A stretch of 62,881 bases of DNA, counting the filler. It is 6 parts of 6 records of this genome, joined end to end, with 100 filler letters (N's around TTAATTAATTAA, not from the genome) between each part and the next. Parts side by side here need not be neighbours in the genome. Positions count along the whole stretch, not along the records: positions 1 to 5,973 come from DRR723986_9376; positions 6,074 to 19,024 come from DRR723986_9378; 4 more parts are not named here. One strand, written 5' to 3'. Below the pieces are notes generated by a model. It did no database searches, was not told where the DNA came from, and saw only the letters and a list, made by a program, of their open reading frames with translations. The translations under genes and the position numbers were made by a program. Below, piece after piece: positions 1 through 11,044 of this stretch (positions are counted from its first letter, which is position 1; the number at the start of each line of letters is the position of its first letter).

Positions 1-1352
1 CGGCCACCTTCACCAGTGTCGATAACCGCTCCCATGGCACGCAGCGGGTCTGCAACGCGCCCCATGGGCCGCTTCGACAAACTGGCATCGCCCGTCAGTT
101 CGGAATCGAAAGGCTGGGCGGCCAGCAATCCGGCAAAAAGACGCATGGCAGTGCCCGAGTTGCCCAGATACAGCGGGCCACGGGGCGCCTGCAGGCCTTT
201 CATACCTACGCCGTGAATGCGCACAAAACCGTCATCCGGACCTTCAATGGTTACGCCCATATCCCGGAACGCCTGCAGGGTGGCAAGACTGTCCTCCCCC
301 TCCAGGAAGCCCTTCACCTCGGTTGTACCCTCAGCCAGGGCACCGAGCATGATGGAACGGTGAGACATGGATTTGTCGCCCGGAACCCGGATGTCACCTT
401 TGACGGTGCCGCCCGGCTGCATTTGGAAAGTCACCTGTTTATCGCTGTTGTTAGTCACGTACGCCTGTCCTGAAAGCATTTTGGAAAAATGTTCCCGCGC
501 CGCCTTGGCACGGCTGAAAACCCGGAGCAACGTAGGACCATCACCGTTGGCAATGGCAGTACGGAGTTGATCCAGATCTTCGGTAAAATGATCGATCACC
601 CGGAGCACGGCATCCCGATTGGAGAGAAAGATGTCGTGCCACATCACCGGGTCGCTTGCGGCAATCCGGGTAAAATCACGGAACCCACCTGCGGCATAGC
701 GGAAGATATCCATATTCTCATCTTCGCCCGCCAGGGTGTCTACCAGTGAAAAAGCGATCAGGTGGGGCAAATGGCTGGTGGCCGCAAGCACCTCATCGTG
801 GTATCCCACCGACATGGTAAGCACGGTCGCACCGGCACCTTCCCAGACAGCCCGCAAACGATTCAGGCCGGCCTCGTCGGCATTTTGCGCCGGCGTCAGA
901 ATCACCTTGTGCCTGGCGAAGAGATCGGGCCGGGCCGCACGGATACCGCTCTTCTCGGAACCGGCAATGGGATGGCCGGGTATCACCCAGGGCGGCAGCT
1001 CACCAAACACTGCCTCCACATCGGTGACAAAACTGGACTTGGTACTACCCACATCAGAAAGGATGGCGCCCTCTTCGAGAACGGGCCGAATTTGTTCCAG
1101 CACCGCACGGGTGGCTCGCACCGGAACTGCCAACACCACCAGATCACTGCCCTTTACGGCCTGCTCAATAGAGGCCGCCGCCTCGTCAATAACACCCAGT
1201 TCAACACCCAGAGCCAACTCATCCTGACGGGTATCAAAGCCAGTCACCGTACCCGCCAGCCGTTGCGTGCGGATGGCGCTGGCCAGAGATCCACCGATCA
1301 GCCCCAACCCGATAACCGCAACCCTACGAAAAGGCGCACTCGGTACTGTCAC
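1..1352 (-). CDS. Bifunctional prephenate dehydrogenase / EPSP synthase (TyrA-AroA fusion); 3' end runs off the window
   Basis: Missing from the ORF track; translated by hand. GTG start at 1352 gives [24 protein letters not shown] (Rossmann GxGxxG of TyrA). Near 500-330 the same frame reads [24 protein letters not shown]...[22 protein letters not shown] (AroA N-terminal motif). Sits downstream of hisC as in the usual operon. Confidence 0.9.
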   Translation of the reverse strand, partial: MTVPSAPFRRVAVIGLGLIGGSLASAIRTQRLAGTVTGFDTRQDELALGVELGVIDEAAASIEQAVKGSDLVVLAVPVRATRAVLEQIRPVLEEGAILSDVGSTKSSFVTDVEAVFGELPPWVIPGHPIAGSEKSGIRAARPDLFARHKVILTPAQNADEAGLNRLRAVWEGAGATVLTMSVGYHDEVLAATSHLPHLIAFSLVDTLAGEDENMDIFRYAAGGFRDFTRIAASDPVMWHDIFLSNRDAVLRVIDHFTEDLDQLRTAIANGDGPTLLRVFSRAKAAREHFSKMLSGQAYVTNNSDKQVTFQMQPGGTVKGDIRVPGDKSMSHRSIMLGALAEGTTEVKGFLEGEDSLATLQAFRDMGVTIEGPDDGFVRIHGVGMKGLQAPRGPLYLGNSGTAMRLFAGLLAAQPFDSELTGDASLSKRPMGRVADPLRAMGAVIDTGEGG

Positions 1353-1353
1353 T

Positions 1354-2478
1354 TCACGCCCCCAACCCTGCTGACGCCAATGCCTCAGCCAGCGCCTCGA
1401 GAAAACGTTCATTCTCTTGCGGAAGGCCGACCGAAACGCGCAGGTGGCGGGGCATGCCATAACCGGCAACCGGGCGCACAATCACGCCATGGGCCAACAA
1501 GGCCTGATAGATACCGGCGGCGGGCTCACCCACTTCCACGGCAATAAAGTTGCCTGCCGAAGGGATGTAGGAAAGCCCCATGCGATCGAAGCCTTCCGCC
1601 AGTTGTTGCAGGCCGACCTCGTTCACCTCCCGGGATTTCTGCAGATAGGCCTCATCCTCGAGAACTGCTGTGGCCGCCGCCAGGGCAACGGTATCGACAT
1701 TGAATGGCTGGCGAACCCGGTTCAGGATGTCAGCAATGGCCGGAGAACTGATGCTGTAGCCCACTCGCAACGCTGCAAGCCCCCACGCCTTGGAAAAGGT
1801 TCGGCAGACAATCAGGTTCGGGTATTTGTCCAGCAGTCGAATACCATCCGGGTACTCGTCACCAACAAGGTATTCGCAGTAGGCTTCATCCAGAACAATC
1901 AAAACCTGTTCAGGGATACGATCCAGAAACGCTTCAATCGCATCGGCGGTGTGCACGGTACCGGTGGGATTATTCGGATTAGCAACAAACACCAGCTTGG
2001 TGCGCTCGGTCACCGCATCGGCCATGGCATCCAGATCGTGCCCCCAGTCTTTTGCAGGCACCGCCACACCTCGGGCGCCAATCGCCTGGGTTACCAGCGG
2101 GTAAACCGCGAAGGCATACTGGGAGAACACCACTTCGCTATCAGAGTCGGCGAAACACCGGGCAATGACTTCCAGCACATCGTTGGAACCATTACCGAGG
2201 GTGATCTGGCTCATTTCCACGCCAAAGCGACGAGCCAGAGCCTGCTTCAGATCAAAGCCATTGCCGTCCGGGTACAGGCACATTTCATCGAGGGCATTTC
2301 GGGCGGCCGATACCGCTTTCTCACTCGGCCCAAGCGGGTTCTCATTGCTGGCCAGCTTGATGATCTCCGACGGATTCAATCCCAGCTCCCGGGCCAGCTC
2401 TTCAATCGGCTTGCCGGGCTGGTACGGAGACAGAGCCTGAACACCTTTTACCGCAAGACTCTGGTAATCCACTGCCAT
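1354..2478 (-). CDS. hisC: Histidinol-phosphate aminotransferase
   Basis: [27 protein letters not shown] and [16 protein letters not shown] (PLP Lys) motifs. Start moved to the ATG at 2478, which follows a GAGGAG RBS. Confidence 0.95.
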   Translation of the reverse strand: MAVDYQSLAVKGVQALSPYQPGKPIEELARELGLNPSEIIKLASNENPLGPSEKAVSAARNALDEMCLYPDGNGFDLKQALARRFGVEMSQITLGNGSNDVLEVIARCFADSDSEVVFSQYAFAVYPLVTQAIGARGVAVPAKDWGHDLDAMADAVTERTKLVFVANPNNPTGTVHTADAIEAFLDRIPEQVLIVLDEAYCEYLVGDEYPDGIRLLDKYPNLIVCRTFSKAWGLAALRVGYSISSPAIADILNRVRQPFNVDTVALAAATAVLEDEAYLQKSREVNEVGLQQLAEGFDRMGLSYIPSAGNFIAVEVGEPAAGIYQALLAHGVIVRPVAGYGMPRHLRVSVGLPQENERFLEALAEALASAGLGA

Positions 2479-2507
2479 TGAACTCTCCTCAGGATCGACA
2501 TTCGAAA

Positions 2508-3605
2508 TCAAAGTACGCCGATGGGATAGGACCCCAGGCGCTTCAGCTCCACGGCTTCTTCATCAATTTCAGCCAGTACCTTGCTGATCCTGTCATCCTG
2601 CATGTGACCTTCGAAATCAATGTAGAAAACATAAGCCCAGGTGCCACTGGGCGAAGGCCGCGTTTCAATCCGTGTCAGACTGATGCCGTGACGGTGGAAC
2701 GGCTCCAGCAGCTGATACAGAGCGCCCGGTTTGTTGCGCATGGAGACCAGAATCGAGGACTTGTCCTGGCCACTTGCCGGCACCTCCTCCCGCCCAATGA
2801 TCAGGAAGCGGGTGGTATTGTCCGGGCGATCCTCAATGCTGTTAGCCAGCTTTTCCAGACCGTACAGCTCCGCCGCCATATCTCCGGCAATCGCCGCCGC
2901 GCCCGGCTCTTCAGCCGCGCGGCGCGCCGCCTCGGCATTGCTGGAAACGGTAATACGCTCAATACCGTAGCGATGTGTATCCAGCCACTGCCGGCACTGG
3001 GCGAACGACTGTTGATGGGAATAGATGCGGGTAATTCCCTCATCCTTGTGCTTCGGCGATACCAGCAGATGATGATGAATGCGAAGCTGCACCTCACCGC
3101 AGATTTTCAACGGCGAAGACATGAACATATCCAGGGTGTGATTGATCATACCCTCAGTGGAATTCTCCACCGGCACCACACCGTAATGCGCCGCACCGGA
3201 CTCCACCTCACGGAATACCGCATCAATCGCAGGCAGCGGCACGCTGACGACAGAGTGGCCGAAGTGTTTGAGCGCCGCCGCCTGGGTGAAGGTGCCTACC
3301 GGGCCCAGGAAGGCAATATGCATGGGCTTTTCCAGCGCCAGGCAAGCCGACATGATCTCACGGAACAGCCGCGCCATCTCTTCAGCGGGCAAAGGCCCCG
3401 GGTTCTTTTCCTTGATCCGGCGCAACACCTGAGCTTCGCGCTCAGGCCGGTAAAAGAATACATCCTCACCGGGATTGGCCGCCATTTTGACATGGGCCAC
3501 TTCCTGCGCACATTTCGCCCGGGCACTGATCAGCTCCATGATCTGCTGATCGAGGGCGTCGATCTCCTCCCTTAATTCCCCCAGGCGGGTCTTCTCATCC
3601 GTCAT
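2508..3605 (-). CDS. pheA: Chorismate mutase / prephenate dehydratase (P-protein)
   Basis: N-terminal chorismate mutase (LREEIDALDQQIMELISARA), AFLGPVGTFT, PVENSTEG, NTTRF, and ACT domain with LTRIETRPS. Confidence 0.96.
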   Translation of the reverse strand: MTDEKTRLGELREEIDALDQQIMELISARAKCAQEVAHVKMAANPGEDVFFYRPEREAQVLRRIKEKNPGPLPAEEMARLFREIMSACLALEKPMHIAFLGPVGTFTQAAALKHFGHSVVSVPLPAIDAVFREVESGAAHYGVVPVENSTEGMINHTLDMFMSSPLKICGEVQLRIHHHLLVSPKHKDEGITRIYSHQQSFAQCRQWLDTHRYGIERITVSSNAEAARRAAEEPGAAAIAGDMAAELYGLEKLANSIEDRPDNTTRFLIIGREEVPASGQDKSSILVSMRNKPGALYQLLEPFHRHGISLTRIETRPSPSGTWAYVFYIDFEGHMQDDRISKVLAEIDEEAVELKRLGSYPIGVL

Positions 3606-3607
3606 GA

Positions 3608-4690
3608 TCAGCCCCGCTCCTTCGCAAATTCCGCCATGTAGTCGATCAGGGCGTCGACGCCTTCTTCGGGCATGGCGTTGTAGATGCTGGCACGCATACC
3701 ACCGACGGAGCGATGCCCCTGCAGGTTGAGCAGATGCCGGGCTTCAGCGCCTTTCAGAAATTCAGCATTAAGCGCATCATCGGCCAGAGTGAACGGTACG
3801 TTCATCCAGGAGCGGAAGCGTGGTTCAATGGGGTTGGCGTAGAAGTCGTTGGCATCAATGAAGCCATACAGCTTCTTTGCTTTCCGGGCGTTCATCTCGC
3901 CCATGGCCTGGACACCGCCCTGCTCTTTCAGCCACTTGAACACCAGCCCGGACAGGTACCAGGAATAGGTCGCCGGGGTGTTGTACATGGAGCCGTTATC
4001 GGCGATGACCTGATAGTTCATCATGGTCGGCGTCTCTTTCCGGGCCTTACCCAGGAGATCCTTACGGATAATTACCACCACCAAGCCCGAGGGGCCGATG
4101 TTCTTCTGGGCGCCGGCATAGATCAGACCGAATTTGCTGATATCCAGCGGCCGGGACAGCATGGTGGAAGACATATCCGCCACCAGCGGCACATTGCCAC
4201 TGTCCGGAATAAAATCGTATTCCAGGCCACCGATGGTTTCGTTCGGCGTGTAATGCAGGTAAGCGGCATCGGCACTGGTATTCCAGCCGGACTGATCCGG
4301 AATGGTGGTAAACCCGCTGTCTTCAGAGCTGGCAACCACATTCACATTACCGTAGCGCTTGGCTTCGGCAATGGCCTTTTTCGACCAGATACCGGTGTTC
4401 ACGTAATCGGCCGAGGCCTTGTCACCAAGCAGATTCAGCGGAATGGTCGAGAACTGGCTGGAAGCTCCACCCTGCATGAAGAGTACAGCGTAATCATCTG
4501 AAATACCGGCCAATTCACGAAGATCCTTCTCAGCCGCTTCGGCGATGGCAACAAACTCATCGCTGCGATGACTCATCTCCATCACCGACATGCCGGTGCC
4601 GCGCCAATCGAGCATTTCGCTCTGGGCCTGCTTCAGCACAGCTTCCGGCAAGGTGGCCGGACCAGCACAGAAATTGAACGCCCTGCTCAT
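3608..4690 (-). CDS. serC: Phosphoserine aminotransferase
   Basis: FNFCAGPATLP, SVMEMSHRS, YAGAQKNIGPSG and GHRSVGGMRASIYNAM motifs. Confidence 0.97.
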   Translation of the reverse strand: MSRAFNFCAGPATLPEAVLKQAQSEMLDWRGTGMSVMEMSHRSDEFVAIAEAAEKDLRELAGISDDYAVLFMQGGASSQFSTIPLNLLGDKASADYVNTGIWSKKAIAEAKRYGNVNVVASSEDSGFTTIPDQSGWNTSADAAYLHYTPNETIGGLEYDFIPDSGNVPLVADMSSTMLSRPLDISKFGLIYAGAQKNIGPSGLVVVIIRKDLLGKARKETPTMMNYQVIADNGSMYNTPATYSWYLSGLVFKWLKEQGGVQAMGEMNARKAKKLYGFIDANDFYANPIEPRFRSWMNVPFTLADDALNAEFLKGAEARHLLNLQGHRSVGGMRASIYNAMPEEGVDALIDYMAEFAKERG

Positions 4691-5973
4691 TCTTCGGTTT
4701 CCTCGCCTTCCACTTCTTCTTCGTCATCGGATTCTGCAATCCGCTCCACGCCCACCAGGCGCTCATCTTCCTGGGCCAGACGGATCAGACGCACGCCCTG
4801 GGTATTCCGGCTCAGTACCGACACCTCATCAGTGCGGGTACGCACCAGTGTGCCCTTGTCGGAGATCAGCATCATCTGGTCGCCATCAAACAGTTGCAGC
4901 GCAGTCACCAGATTACCGTTTCGCTCGGAGCACTGCATGGCGATAACGCCCTGACTGCCACGGCTGTAGGCCGGGAATTCATCAATGGCCGTGCGCTTGC
5001 CATAACCATGCTCACTGGCCGTCAGAATCACACCGCCTTCCTGCGGAATGATCAGGGACACGACATGGTGCCCTTCCGGCATCTTGATACCGCGGACACC
5101 ACGAGCCGTCCTGCTCATCGGGCGAACCTGCTCTTCCTGGAAGCGCACCGCTTTACCGGCACTGGAGAACAGCATCACTTCGGCAGAACCATCGGTAATG
5201 GCGGCACCAATCAGGGTGTCACCCTCATCGAGATTCAGGGCAATCAGGCCACTGCTGCGTGGGCGCGAGAAGTTCGGCAGCGGTGTCTTCTTGACCACAC
5301 CGGCCGAGGTGGCCATCAGCACAAACTGATCTTCCGGGTAATCCCGTACCGGCAGGAAGGTGGTAATACGCTCTCCTTCGTCCAGCGGCAGAATGTTGAC
5401 CATGGGGCGACCACGGGAGCCACGGCTGCCGCGGGGAATCTCGAACACCCGCAGCCAGTACACCTTACCCTTGTTGGAGAAGCACAGAATGGTGTCGTGG
5501 GAATTCGCAACCAGCAGCTTCTCGATAAAGTCTTCGTCCTTCATCGACGTTGCCGCTTTACCCCGGCCACCACGGCGCTGGGCCTGGTAATCCTCAACGG
5601 CCTGGGTCTTGGCATAGCCACTGTGGGAAATAGTCACCACCAGATCTTCTTCGTCGATCAGGTCTGCAATGGTCAGGTCGCGACGGGAGCTGGTGATCTC
5701 AGTGCGGCGCTCATCGCCATACTGGCTGACAATCTCTGCCAGTTCGTCACGAATCACCTGCATCAGACGCTCGGGGTCGCCGAGGATATCCAGCAGATCG
5801 GCAATCTTCTCCAGGATTTCCTTGTACTCGTTCTGGAGCTTTTCGGTTTCCAGACCGGTCAGGCGGTGCAGTCGCAGATCCAGAATCGCCTGGGCCTGCT
5901 CCGGCGACAGGTGGTACAGGCCGTCTCGCAGGCCATAGATCTCGGGCAGGTCGTCCGGACGACAAGCATCCTC
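4687..5973 (-). CDS. gyrA: DNA gyrase subunit A, C-terminal part (5' end truncated by contig edge)
   Basis: GyrA-box QRRGGRG, beta-pinwheel repeats (RTARGVRG, RNTQGVRL) and an acidic tail; upstream of serC. Confidence 0.95.
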   Translation of the reverse strand, partial: EDACRPDDLPEIYGLRDGLYHLSPEQAQAILDLRLHRLTGLETEKLQNEYKEILEKIADLLDILGDPERLMQVIRDELAEIVSQYGDERRTEITSSRRDLTIADLIDEEDLVVTISHSGYAKTQAVEDYQAQRRGGRGKAATSMKDEDFIEKLLVANSHDTILCFSNKGKVYWLRVFEIPRGSRGSRGRPMVNILPLDEGERITTFLPVRDYPEDQFVLMATSAGVVKKTPLPNFSRPRSSGLIALNLDEGDTLIGAAITDGSAEVMLFSSAGKAVRFQEEQVRPMSRTARGVRGIKMPEGHHVVSLIIPQEGGVILTASEHGYGKRTAIDEFPAYSRGSQGVIAMQCSERNGNLVTALQLFDGDQMMLISDKGTLVRTRTDEVSVLSRNTQGVRLIRLAQEDERLVGVERIAESDDEEEVEGEETEE

Positions 5974-6073
5974 NNNNNNNNNNNNNNNNNNNNNNNNNNN
6001 NNNNNNNNNNNNNNNNNTTAATTAATTAANNNNNNNNNNNNNNNNNNNNNNNNNNNNNNNNNNNNNNNNNNNN
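5974..6073. other. Artificial contig linker (N44-TTAATTAATTAA-N44)
   Basis: N runs flank a 12-mer that gives stops in all frames; genes are truncated on both sides. Confidence 0.99.
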
Positions 6074-6760
6074 GCCCAGCATGGTTTCCGGGCGGGTGGT
6101 GGCCACGGTCAGGTGGGTCAAGCCTTTGACTGGGTCTGCTTCGACGAGGGGGTACTTCAATTCCCAAAGGTGACCTTCGGTTTCTACGCTTTCCACTTCC
6201 AGATCAGACACGGCTGTTTTCAGTACTGGGTCCCAGTTCACCAGGCGCTTGCCACGGTAAATCAGGCCTTGTTCATACAAACGCACAAACACCTCGGACA
6301 CCGATTTGGACAGGGCAGGGTCCATGGTGAAATACTCGCGTTGCCAATCTACGCTGGCACCCATGCGACGCATTTGCTCGGTAATTTTGCTGCCGCTTTC
6401 GTTTTTCCATTCCCAAATTTTTTCCACGAATTTTTCGCGGCCCAAATCGTGGCGGGTAATGTTCTTGCCGGCCAACTGGCGCTCCACCACAATTTGCGTG
6501 GCAATACCTGCGTGGTCGGTGCCGGGTTGCCACAGGGTATTGTGGCCACGCATGCGGTAATAGCGCGTTAGCCCATCCATGATGGTTTGGTTAAACGCAT
6601 GGCCCATGTGCAGCGTACCCGTCACATTCGGTGGTGGCAGTTGAATGCAAAAGTCTGGTTTGCCTTCCACAGTGGTGGCCTTGGCGTGGCCTTGGCGCTC
6701 CCATTCAGGGCCCCAGTGGGATTCAATGGCATTCGGGTCAAAACTTTTGGCAAGGGTCAT
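6074..6760 (-). CDS. valS: Valyl-tRNA synthetase, N-terminal part (truncated)
   Basis: [14 protein letters not shown] (HIGH motif), [15 protein letters not shown] and [10 protein letters not shown]. Confidence 0.97.
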
Positions 6761-7021
6761 GGCAGTGGTACTTGAAAATGAACAACGTCAACAATGGCTT
6801 AGCCCGACATTATAGCGTTTGCGGGGGTGTTCCCGGCTTTGAGTTGTTTGGTCTGGACCATGAAAGCCCCTTTATTCCCCAATTTCGGTCCCCCCCTTGT
6901 ACTGCACAATGTTCATACGTCCGACTGGGTGGCTGTCTTCTATTAGCCCTGTTCGAGTGAGGCTTTTTTAGAAATACAACGTTATGTTGTGAACCAATGA
7001 CAGTTCAAAGAGGGGTGTCTC

Positions 7022-8647
7022 ATGTTGAGTTCAATTAGTGCCAAATTCAGTGCCAGCCTGGTCACGGTGATTCTGCTGGGCGTGGTGGTCGGTGGCTTGG
7101 GTGTATTTAACAGCAAGCGGATTATGGATGCCAATGCCAAAAACGACTTCACCCACGAGGTGATCGAGAATGTGCTGGGTGTTCGCGAGAACTTGCTAAA
7201 CATCGAAACGGGCGAACGCGGGTTTTTGCTGCGTGGTGACGAAGCTTACCTGACTCCATACAATGTTGGGAAGGAGCAGGTTCGCAAACACCTGGACAAG
7301 GCCTCCGAACTTACCGCCCACAACCCGGTGGTTACTGAGGAATTGCGCCTATTCAATGCACACTATCGCACCTGGCTGAATTCAGTGATTGATCCGTTGA
7401 TCGACGCCAAACGACTGGTGATTGAGGGCAATATGGCCCCGGAAGATTTCAACGCCCTGGTGGATTCCACGCCGGGCAAGCCACTGATGGACAAAATGCG
7501 CCAGGCCTTGGCCAAAATTGAAGCTGAAGAATACCGTTTGCTCAAGCAACGCCAACAGGCCAGTCAGGGTGTGTACCTGCAATCCATCTGGATTACCGTG
7601 GCCATTACCTTGTTTGCCTTGTTCACGGGGTTGACTTTGAATTTCCTGATTTCCCGAATGTTCAAACGCAAGTTGGGAACAGCCACGACCCACATCAACG
7701 CTTTGGCAGAGGGAAGGCTGAACAGCAACATCAAGGTTGAGGGCAAAGACGAAGTGGACGGATTGCTACAGGCACTGGGCAAGGCTCAAACGAATTTGCG
7801 TGGCTTGATCGAGGGTATTCGTGGTTCGACTGCATCGATGAACGAGAGCGCAAGTGCTGTGCGTACCTCGTCTGACGAAATGAACAAGGCAGCCTCTGAA
7901 CAGGCTGACGCGACGTCATCGATGGCTGCAGCTGTTGAGCAATTGACCGTGTCGATCAGTCAGATCACCGAGAATTCAAATGATGCGTCCCACACAGCCA
8001 TGCAGGCCAAGCAGTCGGCCGACCAAGGCAGCGTGACCTTGGGTCAGGTGGTGGAGGGCATTCGAAAAATTGCCAGCTCGGTGCAAGGCAGTGCCAGTAC
8101 CGTTCGCTCACTTGAGCAACAGTCCAACGAGATTTCCGAGATCATTTCAACCATTACCGACATTGCAGATCGCACCAACTTGTTGGCCCTGAATGCGGCA
8201 ATTGAGGCGGCAAGGGCTGGCGAAAGTGGCCGTGGGTTTGCTGTGGTGGCCGATGAAGTTCGAAAACTGGCCGAGCAAACCAAGGGCTCTTCTGAGCGAA
8301 TTTCAACCATGGTGTTCCAGATTCAGAGCATTACCCAGCAGGCCTCCAAATCCATGGAAGATTCAGTGGGTATGGTCAAGCAGGGTATTGAGCAAGCTGA
8401 TTCAGTGTCGGAGACCATTGACCAGATCAAGGCCAATGCCGACCGTGTGAATGAGGCCATTCAGGCGATTACCGTGTCGATGAAAGAACAAAGCAATGTG
8501 AGTGTGGAAATCAGCCGCAACGTGGAGCGGGTTGCGCAAATGACTGAAGAAAACACAGCTGCGATTGCACAAAACAAGTATGTGGCTCAGCAAATTTCAG
8601 ACTTGGCCGGCAGTTTGACCCAGTCTGTGCAAGTGTTCAAAACCTGA
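7022..8647 (+). CDS. Methyl-accepting chemotaxis protein with CHASE3-like sensor and HAMP domain
   Basis: Two TM segments, [19 protein letters not shown] (CHASE3-like), and [38 protein letters not shown] signalling hairpin. Confidence 0.95.
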   Translation: MLSSISAKFSASLVTVILLGVVVGGLGVFNSKRIMDANAKNDFTHEVIENVLGVRENLLNIETGERGFLLRGDEAYLTPYNVGKEQVRKHLDKASELTAHNPVVTEELRLFNAHYRTWLNSVIDPLIDAKRLVIEGNMAPEDFNALVDSTPGKPLMDKMRQALAKIEAEEYRLLKQRQQASQGVYLQSIWITVAITLFALFTGLTLNFLISRMFKRKLGTATTHINALAEGRLNSNIKVEGKDEVDGLLQALGKAQTNLRGLIEGIRGSTASMNESASAVRTSSDEMNKAASEQADATSSMAAAVEQLTVSISQITENSNDASHTAMQAKQSADQGSVTLGQVVEGIRKIASSVQGSASTVRSLEQQSNEISEIISTITDIADRTNLLALNAAIEAARAGESGRGFAVVADEVRKLAEQTKGSSERISTMVFQIQSITQQASKSMEDSVGMVKQGIEQADSVSETIDQIKANADRVNEAIQAITVSMKEQSNVSVEISRNVERVAQMTEENTAAIAQNKYVAQQISDLAGSLTQSVQVFKT

Positions 8648-8878
8648 TCATTTTTTCAGCGCGTCCAGCACCACTTTTTCAAACTCTTGCATCAGTTGAG
8701 GTTTGATCCGGAGCAGGGCGCGTTCGAACAGTTCGGGCAACTGTGCCCGCAAAATTTCAATCTGCGGGTCGCTCAAATTGCCACCCAGGCGGCTGCCCGT
8801 GGATTGTTCAATTTCCCGCAAACCTGACTCGATTACTTCAGTCAACAGGGGCGGGCCACCATCAAAATGTTCACTCAT
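8648..8878 (-). CDS. Small hypothetical protein downstream of holC
   Basis: ATG at 8878 after an AAGGA RBS; PLLTEVI motif resembles small proteins commonly found next to holC. Confidence 0.6.
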   Translation of the reverse strand: MSEHFDGGPPLLTEVIESGLREIEQSTGSRLGGNLSDPQIEILRAQLPELFERALLRIKPQLMQEFEKVVLDALKK

Positions 8879-8899
8879 GTTGTTGTCCTTAAGCCCCAA

Positions 8900-9322
8900 T
8901 CAACCGTTGGCGCGGTCAAAGGTATTCAGCGGGTAACCCCGTTCCTTGTAAAACTTGTAGCGTTGCCGCGCCAATGCCTTGTTGTCCTCGTCGGTGCCCA
9001 CAATTTCGACCAGTCGTTCAAACCGCGCAAAAAACGGTGGCCATTGCTCGTCCAGATTAATCAATAAATCGTAGTGGGCAATGTCATCGGCCTTGTCGGT
9101 TAACACAATGGGCGTGTCGGCCACACCAGGGTGGCCAGTGACCACATGGGGTAAAAAGTCCTCTTCTGAAAATGTCCACAGCAGCTTGTCCAGGTTTTCG
9201 AGTACCTCGGGGCGGGTGCTGTAGCACACAATTTTCAGGCCGCTGCCGTACGCCTTTCGAATCAATCGACAGGTGTACAGCAGGTGGTCTGACACATTGA
9301 GGTGAAAGTCAATTCGGGTCAA
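8900..9322 (-). CDS. holC: DNA polymerase III chi subunit
   Basis: (M)TRIDFH start at TTG 9322, LDKLLWTFSEEDFLPH and ARQRYKFYKERGY; directly downstream of pepA. Confidence 0.93.
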   Translation of the reverse strand: MTRIDFHLNVSDHLLYTCRLIRKAYGSGLKIVCYSTRPEVLENLDKLLWTFSEEDFLPHVVTGHPGVADTPIVLTDKADDIAHYDLLINLDEQWPPFFARFERLVEIVGTDEDNKALARQRYKFYKERGYPLNTFDRANG

Positions 9323-9332
9323 TTCACAACCC

Positions 9333-10934
9333 TCAGGCTTTTGCACGCTTCATGACAAATTCTGCCAGCAGTGGCACCGGGCGGCCACTGGCGCCCTTGG
9401 CTTTGCCGGAATGCCAGGCTGTGCCGGCAATATCCAGGTGAGCCCAGCTGTAGGCCTTGGTGTACTTTTGCAAGAAGCAGGCCGCAGTCACGCTGCCCGC
9501 GGGGGGGCCGCCAATATTGGCCATGTCGGCAAAGTTGCTTTTCAGTTGCTCATGGTATTCCTCGTCCAATGGCATGCGCCAAGCGGTGTCCAAGGCGTTT
9601 TGCCCCGCCTTGAACAACTCATTGGCGAGCTCGTCATCGGGGCTGAACAATCCACTGTTGACGTGGCCAAGCGCCACAATGCAGGCACCGGTCAGTGTGG
9701 CGACATCAACCACTGCGGCGGGGTTGAACCGCTCAACGTAGGTGAGTGCGTCACACAGAATAAGGCGGCCCTCTGCATCGGTATTCAGAATTTCAATGGT
9801 TTGGCCACTCATGGAGACCACCACATCGCCCGGCTTGCTGGCGTTGCCGGCCGGCATGTTTTCGGCCGTGGGTACCACCACAATCAGGTTCAGGGCCAAT
9901 TTCATTTCAGCCGCTGCTTTCATGGTGCCTAACACGCTGGCTGCGCCACACATGTCGTATTTCATTTCGTCCATATTGGCGCCCGGCTTGAGCGAAATGC
10001 CGCCGGTGTCAAAGGTAATACCCTTGCCAACCAAAACCACGGGTGCTTCTTTGGGGTCTTTTGCGCCGTTGTACTTCAGCACGATCAGTTTGGGGGGTTC
10101 ACTGGACGCTTTACCCACTGACAACAGGCTGAACATGCCCAGCGCTTCCATTTTTTTGTGGTCCAGCACGTCAACGCCCAGCTTGTATTGTTTGGCCAGG
10201 GCTTTGGCTGTTTCAGCCAGATAATTCGGGGTGCAAATATTGCCGGGCAAGTTGCCCAGGTCTTTGGTCAGCTGCATACCATTGCCAATCGCCTGACCAA
10301 TGGCGGCGCCTTTCTCGACAGCCTCCTGGGTTGGTTTGGTGCAGGCCAGCTCAAAGGCGGGCGGTGCAACAGCGTCTTCGTCCTGCTTTTTGCAGGCTGA
10401 AAAGCTGTAAAAGCTCTCGGTGATGGTGCGTGCACACAAGGCTGCGATGTCTTTGTCACTGCTTTTCTTGGGTACTTCCTGATTCACGGCAAAAAACACC
10501 TTGGCGGGCTTCAGGCCTTTGATTGCCTCGCAGGCTGCGCTGGTGGCTTTTCGCAGGGTTTTGGTGTTCAGTTTGTCTGCCTCATCCAGACCCACCAGCA
10601 CATAAACAGGCGCACCAGCTTTCGCGGTGTTGAATACCACGCGGCAACTGCCAGCATTTCCCAGGTTTTTGTCGGTTTTGCAGGCATTGGCCACCAAGCC
10701 TTCTGTGTCAATGTCCGCCCGTTTTGCGGCAGCGGTCAGTTCACCGTCCTTGTACACCGCAACCACAGCCACATCGCAACCCTTCGATGGCACCGGTCCA
10801 CCTGCGGTCACTTTGGCAACGGCGCCTGTACCCGCCTTGAAGCTGAACATGGGCGGTGGTGTGGGCGCTGCCTTTTTGGAAGTGCGGGGTGTGGCTGGTT
10901 TTTTGGCTTTGGGTGTGGCGGGTGTTGCTGTCAT
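9333..10934 (-). CDS. pepA: Leucyl aminopeptidase (M17)
   Basis: [37 protein letters not shown] and HLDIAGTAW; divergent from lptFG. Confidence 0.96.
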   Translation of the reverse strand: MTATPATPKAKKPATPRTSKKAAPTPPPMFSFKAGTGAVAKVTAGGPVPSKGCDVAVVAVYKDGELTAAAKRADIDTEGLVANACKTDKNLGNAGSCRVVFNTAKAGAPVYVLVGLDEADKLNTKTLRKATSAACEAIKGLKPAKVFFAVNQEVPKKSSDKDIAALCARTITESFYSFSACKKQDEDAVAPPAFELACTKPTQEAVEKGAAIGQAIGNGMQLTKDLGNLPGNICTPNYLAETAKALAKQYKLGVDVLDHKKMEALGMFSLLSVGKASSEPPKLIVLKYNGAKDPKEAPVVLVGKGITFDTGGISLKPGANMDEMKYDMCGAASVLGTMKAAAEMKLALNLIVVVPTAENMPAGNASKPGDVVVSMSGQTIEILNTDAEGRLILCDALTYVERFNPAAVVDVATLTGACIVALGHVNSGLFSPDDELANELFKAGQNALDTAWRMPLDEEYHEQLKSNFADMANIGGPPAGSVTAACFLQKYTKAYSWAHLDIAGTAWHSGKAKGASGRPVPLLAEFVMKRAKA

Positions 10935-11044
10935 GGTGTTCCTTCTTGCGATTAATGCTCGACCATTCAAAACGAATGCATGCGACAATCTACCATTATT
11001 AACAAGCTGGGTTGGCGAGTCAAAGCACAGCCCAACTGCATTGC

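Noticed and set aside
4687-5973. Alternative call parC
   Set aside because: The GyrA-box QRRGGRG, acidic tail and serC linkage indicate gyrA.
762-6021. Long plus-strand ORFs (261-375 aa) mirroring tyrA/hisC/pheA/serC/gyrA
   Set aside because: They are nearly coextensive with well-identified minus-strand genes, which is a typical antisense artefact.
6018-6029. TTAATTAATTAA recurring five times
   Set aside because: Synthetic all-frame stop linker within N padding, not a biological repeat. ORFs ending in X...LIN or at these stops are artefacts.
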